In this document: positions 54,412 to 64,000 of the stretch, piece by piece
How the letters are laid out: each line of letters opens with the position of its first letter
Numbering within the stretch: the first letter of the stretch is position 1
Source of the DNA: the human T2T-CHM13v2.0 reference genome, Homo sapiens
Assembly (NCBI RefSeq): GCF_009914755.1
Contig: NC_060932.1
Direction: 5' to 3' (one strand)
Length of the DNA stretch: 64,000 nt
Notes under the pieces: model-generated
Database searches by the model: none
The model's input: the letters and a program-made list of their open reading frames with translations, nothing else
Told to the model about the DNA's origin: nothing
Program-made: the position numbers and the translations under genes

Positions 54412-55909
54412 TTTGTGACTACTACTCTTCCTCCTTCATATAAATATATATGTATATATACACACACACCCCTTTTTTGAATTACGAAAATAACTCTCTC
54501 TAAAAGCAGAACTGCCAAGTGCTTAGAACACCCCATTGGAAAAATAACTCCATCTAGCTACATTGTTCTGCCAGAGTTAATTGGTAATGTATATATTTTA
54601 GCATTTGATCATCTCTTCATACTGGGAGATTCAGATTTTTGTAATGTAGTTTCTTTGTAGCCAGTGGCATGATTATAATATTCCAGACAACTATAAGCCC
54701 AGGAAAGTAGAATTTGGCATGCCAAGATGAAGAAAACTATGATATTCAGATTCAATCATTCACAAAAATAGGATTACACAGTTCTATAAGCTAAGCAATT
54801 GTATAGAAAAAAGATGTTCCAAATTCTATCTTAATGCAGTTTGGAGGACTCAGCTCATAGGTTATCCCATAATTTAATTACAGTAATTAATTAGAATATC
54901 TGTATTTTCCATTAAGGCTTAGATATCCATCTATTGGAGCTAGGAAGAAGGAGATGTTATTAATATTATGATGAATGGAAAGCTCTTTCACAAAAAGGCA
55001 ATTGTAGGATCATGAAATCAAGGAAAAGGACTATAAATACATCTCCTGATTTTTCTTCTTTGGAATCAGGTTCACCGAGCAGGGGAGTGCATTCGACAAA
55101 TGGAGGGCAACAAGAAACAAAGAAGTTACTGTGCAACGATTTAGCATGCCTACATCCAGTGTGCTCATGCGCAGTGAGGCAGGCACTGGAGTTTAGCAAT
55201 CCTGGGCTGTGTTCAGTACACTGTGAATCAGGGAACTGTTTGAAGACCCAGTGGGCTTGCCACCGGCTCTGTCAGAGTAATGGGAGGTGGCTTCTTAGCT
55301 GATGCTGGAATCAGGTTCTCACAGATTGGAAGACACGCAGAGCCTCAGTGTCTGCCATCGGTGAGAGCTGAGCTGAGGCCCATTTAGCTAATATATACTG
55401 AAAGGTTAGCAATGGACCAAGAGAAACATGATCGCTAGTTACACACTTCAAGACCAGAAACACTCAGAAGGACAGAAATTTATTCAGGAGAAGCATAAAA
55501 ACCCCTGTGTACCTTCCACACCAGCATGAGGCCAGGGTGCTGCTCCTTACCTCATTCCCCAAGCCAGAAGCCCGCAATTCTCCTTCAATCCTTATCCACT
55601 TGAACAGAAGGAGAGAAGCAGGGGAAGCAGAGGGATCTGAGAAACTGAGCATTTTTATCCGCATGAAAGATGAAGCACAATCTAAAAAAACTCTTGATTA
55701 CCAGTTCAGACTAAACTTAATCTTGTTTGACATTCAGCTAATCACTTTCCTGCTAATCAGAATGTCAGAGCACAGGAGAAAGACTATAGGTGTTTTGCAA
55801 TCTATTTTTTCTGGATATCTAACTTGTATTATGAGCTATTTGTGAATACTACTCTTCCTCCTTCATATATATATAATATATACATATATTTTTAATTAAG
55901 AAAAGAACT
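54412..55909. repeat. Dispersed direct repeat pair (54412-54495 and 55839-55909)
   Basis: TTTGTGA[C/A]TACTACTCTTCCTCCTTCATATA + (TA)-rich spacer + TTTTT(G)AATTA[C/A]GAAAA[T/G]AACT in both copies. Confidence 0.9.
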
Positions 55910-56111
55910 TAATTTTTTCTTTCCCGAATTTAATTTTTTAATTGACACATAATAATTGTACATATTCATAGGGTGCATAGTGATGTTTCAATCATATGGT
56001 GATCAAATTAGGGTAATTAGCATATTCAAAATTTTAAACATGTGTCATATCTTTGTGTTGGGAACATTCAATATCCTCCATCTAGCTATTTGAAATTATA
56101 CAACATATTAT

Positions 56112-56756
56112 TGAAGCAGCGTCACTGTCTGGGGTAAATACGGGAGGTTCATTGCCTCATGCCAAGGAAATCAAGGACTCAGACACATATGGATTGAGGT
56201 TAAGAGCAGAGGTTTAACAGGCAAAAGAAAAAGAAAAAAGAATAACTCTCTCTCCCTTGAGAGAGAGGAGTGACTGAATGGGAATTCCAGCCCACAAGGG
56301 AGTGCACTAGATTTTATAGACAGGCTTGAGGAAGTGGTGTCTGATTTACATAAGGCCCACAGATTGGTTGGACCAGGCATGATGCTTACATAGCAGCAGA
56401 GGAAGTTGGCCACTCCATCCTAATCCTCTTACTATGCAAATGGTGTCTTTGCTTGGCCATGGCCATCTTGTTTGCTCCTTACTATACACGAGGCTGGCAA
56501 AGAGAAGAGAAGATGGAGCCGCCATTTTAAACGTGCCTAGTTCCCGGGTAGCTTCTTTCCTATCGGCGCAACTGCCAGCATTCCCCCGTGCAAGCTTCTA
56601 GCATTCCTTTCTATGTCTGCAACTCGATTTTACAGGCTGCTCTTTGTTAGAAAAGAAAGTTATTTCGGGGCTGCTTTTCATTAAAAGGAAAGCCTTACTG
56701 AGGGCTTCCTTGCCCTCACTATCTGCCTAAATAATTTCTTTTTAACTTCTATATCA
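56112..56756 (-). mobile_element. LTR9-family ERV1 solo LTR
   Basis: 645 bp; reverse complement starts TGATATAGAAGTTAAAAAGAAATTATTTAGGCAGATAGTGAGGG; perfect 4-bp TSD TTAT (56108-11 / 56757-60). Confidence 0.92.
56361..56528 (-). promoter_or_regulatory. LTR U3 motif cluster: CCAAT, octamer, YY1
   Basis: ATTGG 56363-67, ATGCAAAT 56434-41, GCCATCTT 56462-69, GCCGCCATTTT 56518-28; activity not shown. Confidence 0.5.
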
Positions 56757-57169
56757 TTATTGTTAACTAAACTATAGACCCTCCAGTGCTATAGGAGAGA
56801 TTTTTTAAAGAATACAAAATTACAGCTAAATAGAAGGAATAAGTTCTAGTGTTCTATATATATTTCAAATTTCCCTTTGACTTTCTTTCCCTCACTATTG
56901 CATATAACTTCACCATTTGCCAGTGATATATTTAGCCAATATACCAGAACAAGATCATGGTGGAAATTAAGGACAATGAATACCACTTAGAAATCTTGGA
57001 ATTGAATCTGGAAAATGTTCTTAGGGGTAGGATGACGATTTTATTTTTACAGGGAATGTTTGCATTATGTCAGGTGGGAAGTTTTTTGAAAGCATACTTT
57101 TAGGACTAAAGATGAGGATAGATGTAGGGGTAAACCTTCATGAATTTCTTCTCCACTATATGTACCCTT

Positions 57170-57660
57170 CCTAGGACTGTTTAACTTCTGGTTACAGTGT
57201 GTTCTCATGACCGAAGAAAGGTAGGCCTACTGGGTTCTCTCTCTTCTAGGAACTTAAATCTTCAGCAGAATAATGTAAAGACTGAAAGACAGTTAGAGCC
57301 TATTAATTGCATTTTTGTATTTTGATGGTGTTCTCATGAATTGAATCATTGTGCTTGCTGGAGTCAAGAGGTTCCAAGTTATGTGGGACCACAGCTTATA
57401 CAGTTTGGAGGGTCCACTTGAAAACAAAAGAATGCAAAATAACAAAAATTACTTGGAAGTAATTGGAAGAATTACTTGGAAGAACTTGAAACTTCAGTTT
57501 CATTACTGCATAGTAAATGCACCTCCTACCCTTTTCTACGATCTATTCTTTCCTGAGAATTCCCATAGATTATCTGAACTGAACGTTCAGAAAACTTAAA
57601 TTTCTACTTAAGTTAATCAGAGTCAATTTCAGTTGCCATAACCAAAACTCCTTAACTAAT
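57170..57660 (+). mobile_element. Very old MaLR LTR (MLT1J/K/L-like)
   Basis: 3' end CTTAAGTTAATCAGAGTCAATTTCAGTTGCCATAACCAAAACTCCTTAACTAAT. Confidence 0.45.
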
Positions 57661-59339
57661 GAAAATAGTCACCATTTTATTGTTTTAATGAAAATAGTGC
57701 TGTAGACCGAATTGAATAACAATTACAGCTACTTGGGCCCCATTTTCTTATTTTTTAATGCATTCATCTGGAATATACACATTATTTTCCAATGTTTCTA
57801 ATTTCACTGTTGAATATTATTAAAAATGGTCGATGAATATACCCATTTATTTCATTGTAAAGCTTTTGAGACTTGCATCATTGGTATAGTTACACTGATA
57901 TTTCTCCCTCTACAATTCTTTAGCAAACTTTTTGATCATGTATGCAGTTTTTATTTTTTTAATTCCACATTTTTATTCTATTATCTAAACTCTGTTCTAA
58001 GACTACACAGGTACTCCAGCTTATTTTTATAGCAAATGCCCATGTAAATATTAAGTTACTACAAACATTAATTAAATGATTGCACTGTATTAGTTTCATT
58101 ATATTGCCTAGAACTTTTTCTTTTTTCTGTGAACTCTGCAGAGAAGTAGAACATTTTTATAACAGAAATACATCATTTAAAATATATGAATAAAGTACAA
58201 AGTAAAAATAGTGAGAATTTTTTTAAATTTGAAACTAAATTTTAGAAAAGGTTCAACATATAGCTTTAATATTCTGAACTGATTTTCTTACAAAGATCAG
58301 TTTTGTATTTTTGTTTATATGTTTATTATTATATCCCATACCTTGACAGAAATCTGCAATCAAAGCACTTTTGGAGATAATGTCCTACTGAGTTCAGAAC
58401 ACCTTTACAGTCTCCAAAATATAAGCTATAGGAATAACTTCAAATTTGCCTTGGAAAATAATATTTTCCTTAGATTATATGCAAGATGTGAGAAACACCA
58501 AGTGTATTGTACTTTTTACTGACACTGGGGGAAAATAACTAAAAATACCTAAAAGAGCTTCACACTAAAGTCAAGAACCTTTAATTTTGTAGACTGCTAT
58601 TTTTGAAGTTAATATGATGGATAGAAAAGATAATAAACTTTGACATAATATAAATCTAAGTTTAAATTGTGGGTCTAACACTTATTGTACTTCATAGAGT
58701 ATTATGATGTACACTTCTTCCACATTTTATAATCCTTGAACTCAATAAACACCCAACAACGGCTGTTGGCATGGCATGATGGAATTGTCATTGCCTATAT
58801 ATAAGCAAGCAACAAAAGTTTCAGGGTCAAAACTAGTAGGATAGAAGTCAATGCTTGGATAGAAAACTTGGATTCGATAGTGCAATAAACACATTTTATC
58901 CCTAGGAAAAAGTGATTGTGAGGAAGAGGTTGGGCTCTGTGGTGGCTTGATACGTTTCGCAACAGTCTTAGAGAAGGAGAAAATGTAGACCAGCTCTACA
59001 TACTCACAAAGCCAGTTTTAGAGTTCAGCATAAAAAGCTTTGAATTATTTTATAGACTCCTTAAGAAATGCTGTTCCCCTAAATCTCTGGTGTTACAGAG
59101 CCAGGGAGGACCATAATGTGTGTGAAAACATGTACCTGGATTACTCTGCATCAAAAGTCGATTCAGAACAGTCACGCTCCAAATATAAAGAAATTTTAGG
59201 AATATTTTACCTAATTTGTTTCACTTCATTTTTCTTTTATATACATGAAACATAAATAAATGAACATTTATGTGGTAAATTAAGCCTAAAAGAGATCCTT
59301 CAGTAAGTATACAATTCTAAGATAGAAAAAAAGTATTAT

Positions 59340-59434
59340 ATCATGGTACAAAATTAACAGTATTGTTTTTAGTGGTATATAAGATAATAGTGCATCTTAC
59401 AACTAATGCACCTTAGCTTGGATACAATGCAGTA
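59340..59434. mobile_element. TcMar-Tc2 (MER104/Kanga-like) terminal fragment
   Basis: TAGTGGTATATAAGATAATAGTGCATCTTACAACTAATGCACCTTAG...CAGTA resembles the MER104 end. Confidence 0.5.
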
Positions 59435-59497
59435 CTGTTTTTACTTTGCTCAAATCTTTTCTAAGGCTACTTAAGCTTTCTTTTTTTATTCATAGTA

Positions 59498-59535
59498 TTA
59501 GGTTGGTGCAAAAGTAACTGTGGTTTTTGCCATTA
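59498..59535 (+). mobile_element. Half MADE1 (single Hsmar1 mariner TIR)
   Basis: TA + TTAGGTTGGTGCAAAAGTAACTGTGGTTTTTGCCATTA; no second arm. Confidence 0.92.
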
Positions 59536-59812
59536 GAAGTATTGCTATTTAAAGTATTTAAAGTATTACTAAAGTATTAATATTTATGTAAAAATTAGAA
59601 GTTCTGTATCCTAAAAAATCCTGTTCTATAATATACCTTCAATGCATCATTATTAGTATTATTTGTCAAAATGCCCACATTTCTTATTGAGTAAATACCT
59701 GATACCAAAACAATGAAAAAAATCAGTAATGATTCATATGCTTTTTTCACTTATACAGTTATATATGTATATTGCTTATTATTCTTAGGATATTTTCTTA
59801 CATTTAAAACTA

Positions 59813-60374
59813 TGTTGGACAAACTCTAAAATGATCACCAGTTATCCCGCCTCCTGATATGCGGGTCTTATATAATTTTGAGTGTGGGCAGGACCTGTGA
59901 CCTTCTTAAAACCAGTAAAAGAAGCCAAATGTTATGGGATGTTAATTCCATTATTGCATTACATAAGATTGTAACTTCTGTATGGCCAGCAGACCCTCTG
60001 TATTGTGTCATTCCCTTGCTGGGTCTGAGGCAATAAGCTGAAATGTGGAGAGTCTCATGTGGTGGCAAAGGACTGACTATACCCTCTGGCTCATGGCCAG
60101 AAAAGATCTGAGGCCCTCAATTCAGCAGTTCACAAAGAACTGAATGTTGTCAACCACATGAACCTGCAGGCAGATCCTTCCCCAGTTGAGCCTCAAATGA
60201 GACCACAACTTTGCTGTCACCTTGATTGCAGCCTATGAAACATTGACAGGTTTCAGTCCAGGACCCTCCTAATCTATGCTCTGATTCCTGACCCAAGAAA
60301 CTGTGATATAATAAGTGTTTGTTGTGTTAAGCCATTAAGTTTGTCATAATTTGTTACACAGCAATAGCTAATCA
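59813..60374 (+). mobile_element. MLT1E-like MaLR solo LTR
   Basis: TTGAGTGTGGGCAGGACCTGTGAC; GCAGATCCTTCCCCAGTTGAGCCTCAAATGAGAC; TAATTTGTTACACAGCAATAG. Confidence 0.88.
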
Positions 60375-60469
60375 AAAGAAATGCATGAAGACATTTAAAA
60401 TAATTTCTTTAAAATTGCAGTTTATATCCAATCATTTAAATTTTAGAGCCTTTTTTAAAAAAATTACAA

Positions 60470-60760
60470 GCTGAGGGTGGTGGCTCAAGCCTGTAATGCC
60501 AATACTTTGGGAGGCCAAGGTGAGCTGATCACTTGAGGTCAGGAGTTCAAGACTAGCCTGGCAACATGGTTAAACCCTGTCTCCATAAAAAATACAAAAA
60601 TTAGCCAGATGTAGTGGCAGGAACCTGTAATCCCAGTTACTCAGCAGGCTGAGGCAAGAGAATTGCATGAACCTAGGAGGTGGAGGTTGTGATGAGCCGA
60701 GATTGCACCACTGCACTCCAGTCTGGGTGACAGAGCGAGACTCCATCTCAAAAAAAAAAA
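60470..60760 (+). mobile_element. AluS (Sx/Sz-like)
   Basis: GATCACTTGAGGTCAGGAGTTCAAGAC; TSD AAAAAAATTACAAG / AAAAAAACTACAAG. Confidence 0.95.
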
Positions 60761-62185
60761 CTACAAGTATTAGTCCCCCTATATGCTTGAATATCTATCT
60801 CTACTTCAAGAAAAATGATAGCACTATCACAAACTACCTATAAGTAGTAACTTTTGGGGGGATAAACTATAATTTCAGTGTCAATTTTTTAATGTATTAA
60901 GGCATTATTTTTGTCTGTTCCTTAAAATAATAGCGTTTTTCTTTGAAATAGTACTTATTTTCAAATATGCAATTGTTTAATTATAAGCTGAATCTTTTCT
61001 TATAAAGATGAATTTCAAGTTTTGTTTTATATCATATTTTGGTCTTCTTGGTCACTAATTTCACCCTTGTGCAATAAACATTAGACAATCAAAATTCAAT
61101 GGCCAAGTGTGATTCTTGGAAATCATGTTCATTGTTGAAGACAAATATGTTATTATACAGAACAGCATACACAAAAGGTAATAACTGGCAACAAAACAAC
61201 ACTATAATGAAAACATTCTTGAAAAATCAATTGCAAAATTATTCTAGAAGAATTAACTGGCAAAAGTAGAGAAGATAATTATACATCATAGGATTATCTA
61301 CATTTTCCTGTTTTTGCCCACTGGTTTAGCTAGCTAGGGATGGAAAGGATGAGGCAAGCACATATGGGACCCAACAAAGGCTAATATATTATTCTATAGT
61401 AATCTCTAGATGGCCTTTTTATTTTCATCTATTAATATTTTTCCAAGAATACTTTAATTCAGTCAGACACGTGTCATAAGGACACACCTTGGAGATGCTA
61501 GAATTATGTGGAGACTAAGGGTTAAATGGTCAAGTTATCACTTAGTGTAGACGTCAGTAAAAGTCAGTAAAATTGAGGCTCTTATTAATATTATATCATT
61601 TATACTTAATAGCTGGCAAGTGCTAAAATATTTAAATCATGTATATATCAAAGAATTATGAATCATCAAACTTTACACAGGTGAAGTAATTTTAAAAATT
61701 ATGAGAATTTGCAACAGCAAACTCTACTGGTATAAAGCAGTATCTGTCACCCCTTGCCCCCGATTCATCTGTGTAAATATGAATCTATATTCCCATTGTG
61801 CGGAGAATATGAATACAAATAACCCAGGTGGTCTTTGACACATTTCAAGTTAGAAAAGAGAATGTGCTGCCTTAGTAAGGAAGGGATGAAAGGAAATGAT
61901 AATAGACTTTTTTAAACTGACATATCCATGCCATTCTTTCATTTTCTTCTTTAAATTGATATTTAGTGTTTCATATAGAAGAAAAAAATACATAACAGAG
62001 AAAACAGAGGAACAAAAAACCACTATCTTTTATAATCTTTTTTACATTTATTACTTTTTTAAAAGCTAGATGAGGTCACAGTATGAATTATATATTTCAT
62101 TTTATCCTAATATTTATGTCAAAGAATTCTTCATGTAGCCATCTTTATAACCATTAATTTAGCCATGCAAAACAACTCATCAAAA

Positions 62186-62410
62186 GTGGGGAGGGAGGAG
62201 GGGGGAGGGATAGCATTGGGAGATATACCTAATGCTAGATGACGAGTTAGTGGGTGCAGCGCACCAGCATGGCACATGTATACATATGTAACTAACCTGC
62301 ACAATGTGCACATGTACCCTAAAACTTAAAGTATAATTAAAAAATAATAATAATAATAATAGTAATAATAATAAATAAATAAATAAATATGTATCCCCCC
62401 CAAAAAAAAA
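62186..62410 (+). mobile_element. Young, severely 5'-truncated L1 (L1PA2-like) with (TAA)n(TAAA)n tail
   Basis: GCATTGGGAGATATACCTAATGCTAGATGACGAGTTAGTGGGTGCAGCGC...CACAATGTG...AAAACTTAAAGTATAAT; GAG rather than the L1HS-Ta ACA diagnostic. Confidence 0.93.
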
Positions 62411-63551
62411 GTATATCCCATACTTTATTTATATTTTTCTTTCTTTTATTTTTAAATGGTGTTAGGATAATACACAAGATTTGATATTTTTTAAAAAATA
62501 AATTTATACTCTTTAATAAAAATATTACATGATTTTTTATTTTGCCTTAATAACATCCTAAGTGAGACTGAATTTGCCCCCATATATGTGTAGGGAAGGA
62601 CTGTGGCTTCTCTATTGTTATCAAACTATAAATACGGGCAAGTTACTGAATCTCCCTTAGTTTCAGCCTCTTTACCAAATAGATAGAAATATATTTGTAC
62701 TTCAAGCCTTTTTTGTGACATTTAGTCAGCTCATATCCAGAACCCAACAAGAATCTAGAAGCTGATTCATCTTTGTTTCCTTTGTTCTTCTCCATAAAGA
62801 ATTGTTCCTCATAAGAACAGACTAATCTAAGGAAAATGTTTTGTTCACTTCTATGAGATTTTTGTATCTGATAATAACATTAATCTTATGTCACACCTGT
62901 GGCAATTGTTTTTCACTGTTAAACTTTTTATGATTCTAAATATAGACTATTTAAAATATATTTGATTTTTCATCATTTTAAACAGTAGGAAATATCCTTC
63001 ATTTGATGTCTTCACAGAAATTTATTTTTTTCTAATCTTTCCAAAGATATTTTAAAACTATAACTCTTTGATATTATGAAATTTAAATACATTTGTAATG
63101 TCAAGGTGACAGTTTAAATTGCTCTGTTTTCATCAAACTTGTTAAACACGTATCTCACAGAATTTACTAAATAGGAATTCTCTTCTCCAGTAATGTATGA
63201 CTTTTTTTTTAACGCTCTGGGCTTTCTGTTGATCCATCTCTTTCATTTTTTGCTGGTAGCAACTTGTTTTATTTTAAAAAGGCTAATCTGGCCTTACCAA
63301 CATGAGAAGAGTGTTAGTTGTTTCTGTAAGAGGCTGTATATACTGTTTATTCATCTTATAGGTATCAGCAAAGGCTTACATAAAACCAATCATCCTTATT
63401 GTCATTTACCTAAACCACAGCAGTAGTGGCCCATTTGTCAGTTAAAATTTTTATGTGATTAGAAAGAGCCTTCAAAAGAGTTTATGGTAAGAGATTGATA
63501 GGATCAATTCTATGGCTGCATCCAGATTTTTCTTTATTAACAATGAACTGA

Positions 63552-63905
63552 TATTTATTGAGGGGTTACTATGGGCAGCCCAAGTATTATTCTAAGTGTT
63601 CCATATGCATTATCAAACTTTAAAGTATCCCCTAGTGACCCGCAAGGATGTTCAAAAAATGAAAGGACATCATGGGCAAGGAATTAAAGGAAACCAAGAG
63701 AATTATGATAGTGATTACACAGACAATATGAATAAAAAGATAGAAATTACAAAACAGAACCAAGTATAAGTGTTGGAGCTAAAGAATACAATAATTGGAA
63801 TGTCCTACGAGAAAACTGATGCACAAAGAGCCAAAGTCACACATCTGGTAGGAGATAGAGTCAGGATTCGAACCCACACTGGGGCTGTGGTCTATGCGTC
63901 CTCTC
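63552..63905 (-). mobile_element. MIR interrupted by an L1 fragment
   Basis: ATATTTATTGAGGGGTTACTATG...; GAGAAAACTGATGCACA...CCAAAGTCACACATCTGGTAGG...AGGATTCGAACCCA. Confidence 0.75.
63645..63802 (+). mobile_element. Internal L1M ORF1 fragment
   Basis: GGCAAGGAATTAAAGGAAACCAAGAGAA...AATAAAAAGATAGAAATTACAAAACAGAACCAAG...GGAGCTAAAGAATACAATAA (ORF1 coiled-coil region). Confidence 0.7.
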
Positions 63906-64000
63906 AAGCTGACTGCCTGCTGGCTGTCAGGTTCCCTCTGCTCCCATGGCCTCTACTGCCCAACCCCAAGGCTGGAAGTTCACATTGTCAAATAATCCTG

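Larger units (their letters stand above)
55912..56858 (-). mobile_element. Short L1MA4/5-like 3' end with an inverted 5' segment, interrupted by LTR9
   Basis: TTTAATTGACACATAATAATTGTACATATTCATAGGG...GGGAACATTCAATATCCTCC...CAGTGCTATAG, then sense-strand segment 56797-56858. Confidence 0.88.

Noticed and set aside
63855-63880. tRNA-like B-box GGATTCGAACCC
   Set aside because: Part of the tRNA-derived head of a MIR; no cloverleaf.

Overview
AT-rich, CpG-depleted primate genomic DNA, most likely human or great ape (AluY and L1PA2-type 3' end present). I can support no protein-coding exon, RNA gene, CpG island or CRISPR-like array; the window looks intergenic or deep-intronic. Roughly half is transposon-derived: 11 Alu loci, many L1 pieces (L1ME/L1MA to L1PA2), L2, MIR, a full-length Tigger1 DNA transposon fossil, MER20, a half MADE1, and about 11 LTR elements (MLT1, MER67, LTR14B-like ERVK, LTR9-like, another ERV1 LTR, and LTR16 with ERVL internal sequence). 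The ORFs I could place derive from repeats or low-complexity DNA; only the Tigger1 transposase fragments are recognisable proteins. I found no new biological system. The most notable structures are an unexplained ~70-85 bp dispersed direct repeat bracketing 1.3 kb of unique DNA (54.4-55.9 kb), an adjacent twin-priming-type inverted L1MA carrying an LTR9 with octamer/YY1 motifs, an L-R-R Alu trimer inside one TSD, a deeply nested L2/Tigger1 cluster, and an L1 ORF1 patch inside a MIR. Subfamily names come from recalled consensus sequences and need RepeatMasker/Dfam confirmation; boundaries of old repeats are approximate.
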